From positions 1-45,242 of the IMG/VR virus record IMGVR_UViG_3300032227_000559: a DNA stretch of 45,242 nucleotides. One strand, given 5' to 3'. Within the stretch, counting starts at the first letter, position 1; each line of letters opens with the position of its first letter. This document shows positions 8,722 through 15,864 of this stretch, one piece after another. The position numbers and the translations under genes were made by a program. Origin of the DNA: a virus (lineage: Duplodnaviria; Caudoviricetes). A model generated the notes under the pieces. It was not told the origin of the DNA, made no database searches, and was given only the letters and a program-made list of their open reading frames with translations.

Positions 8722-9417
8722 ATGCCTGACCGCATATCATTCACGCGGCCTGCCGTCGAGCGGATCGCCCGTGTCGTGCGAGTCGTCGAGAATGCACGGC
8801 CGGGCGGCGGGCCGCTCGGGTTTCGACGGCAGATGCTGGAGAACACGCGAGTGGTCAGGCTCGCATCGTTCGTCGGCCCGTGGCCCAAGAACTCCGCGAA
8901 CGTCGTCACCTTCAAAGGCACCGCTCGTACTGCCAATGCGTCGAACCTTTTCTTCCCGGTGCCGGGCACACATACCCGAGAGTGCGCCGTTGCGAAGATC
9001 GGGACCGCGTGGCACCTAATCGATGTGCCGTTCAACGAACGCACTGCCATGTTCGCGGGGAACACTGCGACGCAGACTGTCTTTGGAACTGGCAGCACGA
9101 CGCGAATCACGTTCATACCTTCTGGCAGCACGTCTACGCTCAACTACATAGGAAGCGTGAGCCCGCAAAGCGAAACCATCACGTACCTGACAAGCGTTTC
9201 CGCTTCTCTCAACACATCGAACTGCACGATCACTGTCACCCCAGTCTCTCAGTCTAAGTCAGTTGTGACCGCAGTAAACTCGCAGACCGCAACCGCGACG
9301 TCTGTGTCGCTTTCTGGTACGCAGACAGCGACAATCGTGTCGCTTGCTGGCACTGTTACGCTGACGCTACTTACAAGCACCTACACCTCAAGCTTTTTGA
9401 CGCTTGAAGTGCAGTAA
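8722..9417 (+). CDS. Hypothetical tail-associated protein, Thr/Ser-rich C-terminus
   Basis: 231 aa ORF in the tail operon; RIARVVRVVE N-terminus, beta-rich T/S tail. Confidence 0.6.
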   Translation: MPDRISFTRPAVERIARVVRVVENARPGGGPLGFRRQMLENTRVVRLASFVGPWPKNSANVVTFKGTARTANASNLFFPVPGTHTRECAVAKIGTAWHLIDVPFNERTAMFAGNTATQTVFGTGSTTRITFIPSGSTSTLNYIGSVSPQSETITYLTSVSASLNTSNCTITVTPVSQSKSVVTAVNSQTATATSVSLSGTQTATIVSLAGTVTLTLLTSTYTSSFLTLEVQ

Positions 9418-9456
9418 CCGCTGCCGCAGCTGCATTCATTTTGCTGGAGACTTGAG

Positions 9457-9981
9457 ATGGCATGCCCGTGTTGTGGGCCTCAGTGGGTGTGCTATCAGTG
9501 CTGCTGCCCTGACGGCTCAAACCCCAGGCAGTCGATCACGGTGCGAGTGGTGACCAACCCAAGCTATCGCGTGCCATACGAGATTTTCGAGGGGACGTAC
9601 ACGTTGCCGCACGACTTAACTACCGGCAGAACTGATCCACAGGTTTACCCGACGCGACTACAGACGACATGCGTGCGGTATTCGTTCACAGGAGCCGCTG
9701 CCGACGGCGAGTGCGGCGGTCCCTTCGGCGACCTGTCGAGGTACATATCGCTTCAGCAACAGACTAACGGTGACCTCATTACCCTGTGGGGTTTCTCTGG
9801 CCGCGACGATCAGAACCGCTGTGTACGAGTGGCGGCGTCTTCGTATGCGTATCCCGCAGGAAGGCCGGTCGCCAATCTGTGCAGTGGCCTGACGGGGCTG
9901 CTGTTTTCCGACATTCAGTTCCTAGTAACTCGCAGCGGTTCTCAGGCAGTAATTGCTGCGTTTGACGTCTACATCGACTGA
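9457..9981 (+). CDS. Cys-rich hypothetical protein (MACPCC...)
   Basis: GGAG RBS; 174 aa with N-terminal CPCC and CCC clusters. Confidence 0.65.
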   Translation: MACPCCGPQWVCYQCCCPDGSNPRQSITVRVVTNPSYRVPYEIFEGTYTLPHDLTTGRTDPQVYPTRLQTTCVRYSFTGAAADGECGGPFGDLSRYISLQQQTNGDLITLWGFSGRDDQNRCVRVAASSYAYPAGRPVANLCSGLTGLLFSDIQFLVTRSGSQAVIAAFDVYID

Positions 9982-9993
9982 CGGAGGCTTGCG

Positions 9994-10218
9994 GTGGTGT
10001 GCTTTAAAACGGACGAGCCCAACAGGCCGGAGCTTCGTGGATGGACAGTCGTAACAGCGCAGTTCTCTACACAGGAGGAGTGCGAGGAGGACTGCGACGG
10101 TGCAACCGGAGCGTGCATCGGCCCAGGCAACGTCTGCACGCAGAAGCGACCTTGCCAGTGCGGCACTCCTCAGCAGCAATTCCTTGGCTTGGGGTCATTA
10201 TGCAATCCGCTGCCTTGA
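9994..10218 (+). CDS. Cys-rich small protein
   Basis: GGAGG RBS, GTG start; 8 Cys in 74 aa. Confidence 0.6.
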   Translation: MVCFKTDEPNRPELRGWTVVTAQFSTQEECEEDCDGATGACIGPGNVCTQKRPCQCGTPQQQFLGLGSLCNPLP

Positions 10219-10640
10219 TTACATGCCACCGCTCACACCTAGAGGCCCGTTGCACCGAGCGTGGCTACGCGCTCAACGAGGTGATGCCGTGCGTTGTCAG
10301 CATCGACGGCGACGAGTGGACTATTGACGTTGAGCATCCGGCGTACCCGCGAGTCTCTCGGCTGCCAGAGCCGCCAGCCACGCCAGCGAGCGGACCCGGA
10401 ACAGAGCTTTCCCGTCTCTTGAAACGCTTCGGAATCGAGCCGACGCCAACCTGCGCCTGTCGCGCAAAGGCGGCACAGATGAACGTATGGGGGCCAGACG
10501 AGTGCGAGCGACCAGAACGCATTGACGAGGTCGTTGCCGCAATGCGATCAGAGGCCACGGCACGCGGGCTGCCGTTCCTCGATGTTGCTGGCAGGTTGCT
10601 TGTGCGACGGGCGATAGCCAACGCCAGGCGTAATGCTTGA
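10200..10640 (+). CDS. Hypothetical protein (GPGTEL...CACRAKAAQMN.WGPDEC)
   Basis: ATG at 10200 preferred over the 10041 start in the track, which overlaps the upstream gene. Confidence 0.65.
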   Translation: MQSAALITCHRSHLEARCTERGYALNEVMPCVVSIDGDEWTIDVEHPAYPRVSRLPEPPATPASGPGTELSRLLKRFGIEPTPTCACRAKAAQMNVWGPDECERPERIDEVVAAMRSEATARGLPFLDVAGRLLVRRAIANARRNA

Positions 10641-10655
10641 CAGTCCTGTCACGCT
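10635..10655 (+). promoter_or_regulatory. Putative compact promoter, class C (TTGACA-N7-CACGCT), leaderless
   Basis: Same geometry at 25479, 26071 and 41845; ATG 10662 lies 6 nt after the hexamer. Confidence 0.45.
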
Positions 10656-10661
10656 GTCGGC

Positions 10662-10856
10662 ATGGGACGCGCCAAGCCAAAGCTACAGCCCGAGGCGGTG
10701 ATCCTGCCGCCCGACCTCGACGACGACGAGGAGCACGCTGGCGGCGGCATACCTGACGATGACGGCTGGATTCACCTCGAAGGGAAGGAGCCTAAGCGTG
10801 AAGAAGCAAAGCCAAAGCGGCGGCCTGCTCGAAGACGTGCGAAAGGCAGTAGGTAA
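10662..10856 (+). CDS. Hypothetical protein, acidic core and basic tail
   Basis: 64 aa; start follows the class C motif. Confidence 0.55.
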   Translation: MGRAKPKLQPEAVILPPDLDDDEEHAGGGIPDDDGWIHLEGKEPKREEAKPKRRPARRRAKGSR

Positions 10857-11061
10857 CGCGCGGCACGGGCCTGCGTCGTGGTACGAGCGGCTTGCTCCAG
10901 AGCACCGCGAGGAACTGGACGCCATCAAGGCAGAGTGGAAGGCTGGCGAGTTGGGCACGCGGAAAAAGACTCTGGCTAGGGCACTTGCCGAAAACATGCA
11001 CGCTCGCGGCATCTCTGACGTTGGTCTACAGGGAGTGCTTACATGGCTCGAAAAAGCCTGA
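10798..11061 (+). CDS. Hypothetical protein (possible HTH-like)
   Basis: AAGGAG RBS then GTG at 10798; 87 aa. Confidence 0.6.
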   Translation: MKKQSQSGGLLEDVRKAVGNARHGPASWYERLAPEHREELDAIKAEWKAGELGTRKKTLARALAENMHARGISDVGLQGVLTWLEKA

Positions 11062-12119
11062 AAGACGCAGTAGCCGAGGACGTCATCCGCTCGCAGCAGC
11101 TGGCTGCCGACGCTGAACTAGCACGGCTGCGGTCGGAATTGGCGACGTACCGAAATAGGTACAAGGCTGCTCTTGCTCAGATTGACCGCGAGCGTGAGCG
11201 TGGTGACGCCCTTGTGCAACTGCACGGCATCGAGGCTGCGAAGCCGTCATTGACCAAGTCCGCCAAAGGACCGAAGCACGCCGCGACGATGGTCGTGTTG
11301 CTCTCGGACATCCACTGTGAAGAGCGTGTTGATCCAGAGACCGTGAACGGGCTGAACGACTACAGCCTTGACGTATGTCAACTTCGTCTGAACGAACTCC
11401 ACGAGCGGTTCTTCCGGCTCCTTGAGCACGAACGCCAGCTTGCGAAGATTGACCGCGTCGTGGTCTGGCTTGGCGGCGACTTTCTCAGTGGTCACATCCA
11501 CGACGACACGGCTGAACTGGCACAGCTTGCACCGCTGGCGGCTACCCGATGGATTGGCGAAAGGCTGCGTGCGTTCATTGACGCCGTCGCCGATAGTGCG
11601 AAGTCTGTCGTCGTCGCCACCAACAGCGGCAACCACGGGCGAAGCACCGAAAAGTTGCGCATTGGAACGGAGATGGAACACAGCTTTGAGCAGCACCTCT
11701 ACCTCACGCTCGCCAGCAGCGAGAAGCGGAAGAACGTGCGGTGGCAAGTGGGCACCGGATATCTGAACTACGTTGACCTTGATGGGTTCCTCGTCCGCTT
11801 CCACCACGGTCATGCAATCAAGTACGGCGGCGGCATTGGCGGCATAACGATACCGACCAACAAGGCTATCGCCGCTTGGGACGCCGTGAAGCGTGCGGAC
11901 CTTACGTGCTTCGGGCACTGGCACCAGTTCCAGTGGCTGCGAGCCGGTCGCTACGTCGCCAATGGAAGCGTCATCGGGCACTCGGCATACGCCACAAGAA
12001 TCAAGGCGGCATACGAGCCACCGTGCCAGGCGTGCATCGTCATTGACCACGGACGCCACGAGGTGACGAAAGCGATGCCGATTTACTGCGACCGTGACCT
12101 ACGGACGCAGAAGGCTTGA
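11043..12119 (+). CDS. Calcineurin-like metallophosphoesterase with N-terminal coiled coil
   Basis: All five motifs present: SDIH, GGD, GNHG, HHGH, GHWH. Confidence 0.88.
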   Translation: MARKSLKDAVAEDVIRSQQLAADAELARLRSELATYRNRYKAALAQIDRERERGDALVQLHGIEAAKPSLTKSAKGPKHAATMVVLLSDIHCEERVDPETVNGLNDYSLDVCQLRLNELHERFFRLLEHERQLAKIDRVVVWLGGDFLSGHIHDDTAELAQLAPLAATRWIGERLRAFIDAVADSAKSVVVATNSGNHGRSTEKLRIGTEMEHSFEQHLYLTLASSEKRKNVRWQVGTGYLNYVDLDGFLVRFHHGHAIKYGGGIGGITIPTNKAIAAWDAVKRADLTCFGHWHQFQWLRAGRYVANGSVIGHSAYATRIKAAYEPPCQACIVIDHGRHEVTKAMPIYCDRDLRTQKA

Positions 12120-12156
12120 CGCATGGAACACGACTTATCTCATCGAAAGGAAAAAG

Positions 12157-12621
12157 ATGCACGAACAAACCATTCGGCTCGAAGACACAAACGCACAACT
12201 CAGCGACGCTCCCGAGGATAACGCGGCAGCGTGGCGTAAGGTCACGCAGGCTAGCGCTGCTCGGTATCACGCCGAGCGGCTGACGGGCGACAGCCTGCTC
12301 ACGGCAACGGACGTTCACCCCACGAGCCAGGCTTTCTACGACCTGTGCGACGCGCTGAAGCGAATGCACGCTGGCAAGAGTCGAGACTATGGTTGCCCGT
12401 CTGGGACAGATCCGCTCGCGAACATTCGCAACGGTGCCAAGTTCGTGGGAATTCCAGCGTGGAAGGCTGCGATGGTGCGTCTGTCTGACAAGGTCACAAG
12501 GCTCGCCACCTTCAACGCTACTGGCTCACTGCACAACGAGGGTGTCGTTGACACGCTCGAAGACCTCGCCAGCTACAGCCTGTTGGCCTTGCTGCTCTAC
12601 CTAGAGGAGCATGGCAAGTGA
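12157..12621 (+). CDS. DUF1599 / nucleotide-modification-associated domain protein
   Basis: K.RDYG...DPLAN...VRLSDK..RL...E.V.DTL.DLA.Y pattern; AAAGGA RBS before ATG 12157. Confidence 0.75.
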   Translation: MHEQTIRLEDTNAQLSDAPEDNAAAWRKVTQASAARYHAERLTGDSLLTATDVHPTSQAFYDLCDALKRMHAGKSRDYGCPSGTDPLANIRNGAKFVGIPAWKAAMVRLSDKVTRLATFNATGSLHNEGVVDTLEDLASYSLLALLLYLEEHGK

Positions 12622-12815
12622 TACAGCCTCTCACCGAAGACGACCTCGCACAGATGGAGCACCGGGCACGGCGTTTCTCCGGTGCGTACACAAGCACGTC
12701 TGGCACGCTCGCAGCGGACGTGATCCGCTTGCTGAAAGAGCGGCAGCGACTCCTGGCTGAACTGGCACGCAAGGCCGAGCAGGTAGGGCTGTACTGGTAT
12801 CAGCCACACGACTAG
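12618..12815 (+). CDS. Hypothetical protein
   Basis: GTGA-coupled; GAGGAG RBS; 65 aa. Confidence 0.65.
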   Translation: MIQPLTEDDLAQMEHRARRFSGAYTSTSGTLAADVIRLLKERQRLLAELARKAEQVGLYWYQPHD

Positions 12816-12817
12816 GC

Positions 12818-12867
12818 CACGGGTGCGGCGGCGAGGGGCTTCACCTTTCACCCTCGCTGCCCCCGTG
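12818..12867. terminator. Hairpin between convergent transcription units
   Basis: cacggg..gcggcgaggg / ccctcgctgc..cccgtg stem between converging stops; no clear U-tract. Confidence 0.5.
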
Positions 12868-12874
12868 TGCCGAG

Positions 12875-13258
12875 TCAGTCAAGGCGAGCCAGCAGCGAGC
12901 GGAGCGGCATCATCCTGACTGCATCTCTGTCTAGCATTGGCAGCGACAGGCACCACTCAATCGCCTCCCGCTCCTCGTCGGTGAGTCGCAGCCGCTCAAT
13001 CTCATCCGCCATCGCGTGGGCATACTTCACGCCGCACCCCGGCTCGTCGTCGGGCCATGTGGGCTTTAGCTCGGTGCGTTCCCATGCGGCCTCAATGGCG
13101 ATCTCGTCTTCGGGCCACAGTGCCGGGAACGCATAAAGCGGGACGACCATCCAGCCCCACTCTCGGGCGGCGGCGTCTGCCTGCTCCTTCAGTAAGTAGA
13201 CCGCAGAGCTTTCGCTGCCGTCGGCGGCAACGGCAGCGTAGGCGACGGGCTTGCTCAT
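12875..13258 (-). CDS. Mosaic array gene (PVAY..VVPLY + EIERLR + LTDEEREAIEW + LRSLLARL modules)
   Basis: ATGA-coupled; shares DNA blocks with 15158..15454 and 13829..14458. Confidence 0.75.
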   Translation of the reverse strand: MSKPVAYAAVAADGSESSAVYLLKEQADAAAREWGWMVVPLYAFPALWPEDEIAIEAAWERTELKPTWPDDEPGCGVKYAHAMADEIERLRLTDEEREAIEWCLSLPMLDRDAVRMMPLRSLLARLD

Positions 13259-13602
13259 CTCTTCACCTCTGGTGGTTTTGAGTCGGAGTCAGTCTCGCCG
13301 CGAAACAGCCACACGCAGTGGGGAGTGTTTTCGCCTTCCCTACTCCAGTCGGAGAGTTCGTACCAATACACTCGCCCATTTGTGTCTACGAATGGCTTCA
13401 TCTTCTCCGTAGATGCGTCCATTCGCATTCCTGCCATCGGCCCATTCACCATCGTCAGCAAGTGCGTAGACCTGTATGCAGCGTAGATGCACGGCATACA
13501 AATCGAGCAATCCTCGGAAGCCATCGTTCCACTTCCGAAGTGGACGAACGGCCCCGTGTCGGTTCCGCATTCATCGCATGAACCAGCGTGTTGAAGTCTC
13601 AT
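13255..13602 (-). CDS. Hypothetical protein with CxxC...CxxC zinc-binding motif
   Basis: AGGAGG RBS before ATG 13602; CDEC and CMPC; 115 aa. Confidence 0.65.
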   Translation of the reverse strand: MRLQHAGSCDECGTDTGPFVHFGSGTMASEDCSICMPCIYAAYRSTHLLTMVNGPMAGMRMDASTEKMKPFVDTNGRVYWYELSDWSREGENTPHCVWLFRGETDSDSKPPEVKR

Positions 13603-13610
13603 AATTCCTC

Positions 13611-13832
13611 CTACCACATGACCTTTCTGATCCACAGTTTTACTGGCTTCCGTCGTTTCGCGGCTCGCGGCGCGAACTCTTTTGAATCTCCGGCGAACAG
13701 CGGACTCACCAGAACAGGCGTGGTACTGTAGCCAGCTTTGAAATCGCCCCAAAACATCGCTTCTGATTTGGTGTCGTAGATGTACGACTGACCGTCGCTT
13801 GTTACACGCCATGCTACGGGATTTGTTTTCAC
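13611..13832 (-). CDS. Mosaic array gene (PVAWRV..VSPLF module)
   Basis: GTGA-coupled start within the 20-bp junction repeat; 73 aa. Confidence 0.65.
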   Translation of the reverse strand: MKTNPVAWRVTSDGQSYIYDTKSEAMFWGDFKAGYSTTPVLVSPLFAGDSKEFAPRAAKRRKPVKLWIRKVMW

Positions 13833-13848
13833 TTCAGTCGCTCCAGCA
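13829..13848. repeat. 20-bp junction repeat, copy 1 (tcacttcagtcgctccagca)
   Basis: Identical to 15158-15177; encodes LLERLK-stop plus the GGAG RBS and GTG of the next gene. Confidence 0.9.
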
Positions 13849-14458
13849 GTTCTCGGAGGGTGGCGGCGCGCGGCAGGCAGGAATCAAAGTCGCCGCCGCG
13901 TAACTCAGCAAAAAATGCAATCGCCTCCCGCTCTGCGGCGGAAGGAACTCGCGACTCCAGCAATTCGATATGCCTCGCCAGCCGGTGCATCACGCAAGCC
14001 GTCTCCCGCGACCACTGATCGAACGTCTTGCAAACGCCTTGAAGATTCTTAGCCGTCTCATAAGCGATGTCAGCCACGCCGACCATACCATCGCTCTGCA
14101 CACTACCCTCGCTGCGTGTAGCGTCCCGATTCGTATTAGTGTTCATACGTTTTTCGTCGTTTTTCTCATGTGATTGGGGCGTGCTACTCTCGCCATGCAC
14201 ACTACACTCGCTCGGTGTGGCGTGCGTCTGCGTTGTACGGTAAAGCGGAATCACTTCGCCGTTGCAGTCGGCGGCGATCTCCAACGCCTCATCAATCGCG
14301 TCCGGCCCGTAAGACGAGTCGTACTCGCCGTTGAGGTACACCGCGTAGGCGGCGGCGAAAGGCTGCGGGCTATCGACTTCGCCACGCACAATAGCCTCTA
14401 GACTGTCGGCAACGTGCCGGAGGCGGGCGATGAGTTCAGGGCCAATTTCACGTGTCAT
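13829..14458 (-). CDS. Mosaic array gene (AYAVY..VIPLY + EREAI + TLRELLERLK modules)
   Basis: ATGA-coupled start at 14458; 209 aa. Confidence 0.7.
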   Translation of the reverse strand: MTREIGPELIARLRHVADSLEAIVRGEVDSPQPFAAAYAVYLNGEYDSSYGPDAIDEALEIAADCNGEVIPLYRTTQTHATPSECSVHGESSTPQSHEKNDEKRMNTNTNRDATRSEGSVQSDGMVGVADIAYETAKNLQGVCKTFDQWSRETACVMHRLARHIELLESRVPSAAEREAIAFFAELRGGDFDSCLPRAATLRELLERLK

Positions 14459-14676
14459 CCTTCTGCCTCCTCTGGAAACCAACGCTTGTCATGCAGCTTC
14501 TGCGCCGACTCAATCTCACGCTCAGTGGGGTCGGGGATGCGATACCACATCGTCCAGTTGTTGCTGGAATCGTAGGTGTCGTAGTTCTCAACAAGAACTA
14601 CTTGCTTTTCTAGGCCGCAGTACACGGCCACGTTGTCGCCCTGCTCTGGCTCGGACTGCTGAAATGAAATCCACAT
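14455..14676 (-). CDS. DUF551-like small protein
   Basis: MWIS....P...V.V...TMW..IP.P pattern; AAAGGAGG RBS. Confidence 0.65.
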   Translation of the reverse strand: MWISFQQSEPEQGDNVAVYCGLEKQVVLVENYDTYDSSNNWTMWYRIPDPTEREIESAQKLHDKRWFPEEAEG

Positions 14677-14700
14677 CGGCTATTCCTCCTTTGAATTGCA

Positions 14701-14730
14701 CCCGCCGCAGGCTGGCCTGCCTGCGGCGGG
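14701..14730. other. Perfect 12-bp GC stem-loop in an intergenic gap
   Basis: cccgccgcaggc-tggcct-gcctgcggcggg. Confidence 0.7.
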
Positions 14731-14771
14731 CGATCTCATCCTACGCATGGCAGGCGAGTCTATTTGCGTTC

Positions 14772-15161
14772 CTATGGCTTTGATGCCGCCTCCCACTCCG
14801 GTCGCACCCTGACGAGCAGCGACCGCAGGATGCCGTAGTCATCCATACTGGCGATGCGGCCCTCTTCGACGACGTATTCCAGTGCGCCGATCTCGGCTTC
14901 AGAAAGATTGCCGGTGCCCAAAGCGGGTAGCGTCACGGGTTTATCAGTCCCGCCGCATCCGCCCCCATTCCCCCGTGGAACGGAGGATTCAGATGGGTCT
15001 GTACGGGCTGTCGCTTCCGGCACAGCGTCATGATTTGTTCGCTCTCGCTCGCGGAGCATGGCGTCGGCCATTTCGTAGCAGGATTTTGCAATCTGCTCAC
15101 GGCCGAGAACTCCCATGCCGCGAGTTAGGGCAGCAGCGGCGAAGTAGTCACGGTCAGTCAC
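14772..15161 (-). CDS. Mosaic array gene (RDYFAAAAL...YEMADAML + LSEAEIGALE..LRSLL modules)
   Basis: GTG start within the 20-bp junction repeat; RDYFAA.AL...YxxADAML is a common phage small-protein motif. Confidence 0.7.
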   Translation of the reverse strand: MTDRDYFAAAALTRGMGVLGREQIAKSCYEMADAMLRERERTNHDAVPEATARTDPSESSVPRGNGGGCGGTDKPVTLPALGTGNLSEAEIGALEYVVEEGRIASMDDYGILRSLLVRVRPEWEAASKP

Positions 15162-15177
15162 TTCAGTCGCTCCAGCA
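15158..15177. repeat. 20-bp junction repeat, copy 2
   Basis: Identical to 13829-13848. Confidence 0.9.
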
Positions 15178-15454
15178 AGCCGCAAAGCGTGTCTTTGTAT
15201 TTTTCGCGGTTGTGGCTCTGAGTCAATCTGGTCAGTGGCTTTCGCAATTCCGCAAACCACTCAATCGCCTCCCGCTCGTCGTCGGTGAGCGTGAAGTTCA
15301 GCGAGCAATGCTGCGTCACCGTGCCGCGAACGTGCGGGCACACTCCACCGTTCCGCAGCCGCTCGATCTCTGCGGCGGCTTCGTCCATCAACTGACTCGC
15401 CACTGGAACGTGGACGAATCGCAGGCCGCGAAGGCGTTCGACGATGTCAGTCAT
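15158..15454 (-). CDS. Mosaic array gene (MTDIVERLR..EAAAEIERLR + LTDDEREAIEW + LLERLK)
   Basis: ATG 15454 overlaps the upstream stop; 98 aa. Confidence 0.75.
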   Translation of the reverse strand: MTDIVERLRGLRFVHVPVASQLMDEAAAEIERLRNGGVCPHVRGTVTQHCSLNFTLTDDEREAIEWFAELRKPLTRLTQSHNREKYKDTLCGLLERLK

Positions 15455-15656
15455 CCAACAGCCCCGGCCTTTCTCGAAGCATCTCGCGGATCTCCTCCAG
15501 GTGCCGCCTCGTTTCCGCTGACGGCTCGCCGTGTTTGAGGACGCCACGGCAATACTGATCGACCTGCCAGATCGCCGACTTGGCGTCAGCACCCTGCATG
15601 GCAGCGGTAAGTTCGGTCTGCTCGGCTGGCAGGCGGAAGCGGAGGATTACGTGCAT
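15447..15656 (-). CDS. Hypothetical protein (LRFRLP.E...AMQG...W.VDQ..R..LKHG)
   Basis: ATG 15656; first gene of the leftward array; 69 aa. Confidence 0.7.
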   Translation of the reverse strand: MHVILRFRLPAEQTELTAAMQGADAKSAIWQVDQYCRGVLKHGEPSAETRRHLEEIREMLRERPGLLDD

Positions 15657-15675
15657 GTTCTCGATTCGCGAATGT

Positions 15676-15862
15676 GGAACGCCGCCCGGCTGGGTTGCCA
15701 ACCGGGCGACGTTTGGGCATTGGACACAGTTGGTCAAGTGTGACGGAATGTCGGTCGTGCGGGCTGGATGCCGACGTTTCGTCACAGGGTACGGCATTTC
15801 ACGGTTATTGCGTGGCAGGCAATCTGCCGGAAATGTCGTACCCGTGGACAGATGTGGTCAAG
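15676..15862 (-). promoter_or_regulatory. Control region of the leftward array: two tandem TTGACC promoter-like sites, three inverted repeats, six CGRCRTTYS motifs
   Basis: Minus strand TTGACC-N17-AAACGT (15737-15709) and TTGACC-N18-GACATT (15861-15832); stems at 15677-15714, 15740-15785 and 15783-15846. Confidence 0.55.
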
Positions 15863-15864
15863 GC

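Noticed and set aside
5795-10640. Diversity-generating retroelement acting on tail genes
   Set aside because: No reverse transcriptase ORF and no adenine-specific template/variable repeat pair seen
12113-12140. GCTTGAC at the phosphoesterase stop as a class C promoter
   Set aside because: The hexamer at the required spacing is CACGAC, lacking the final T; the downstream gene has a normal RBS
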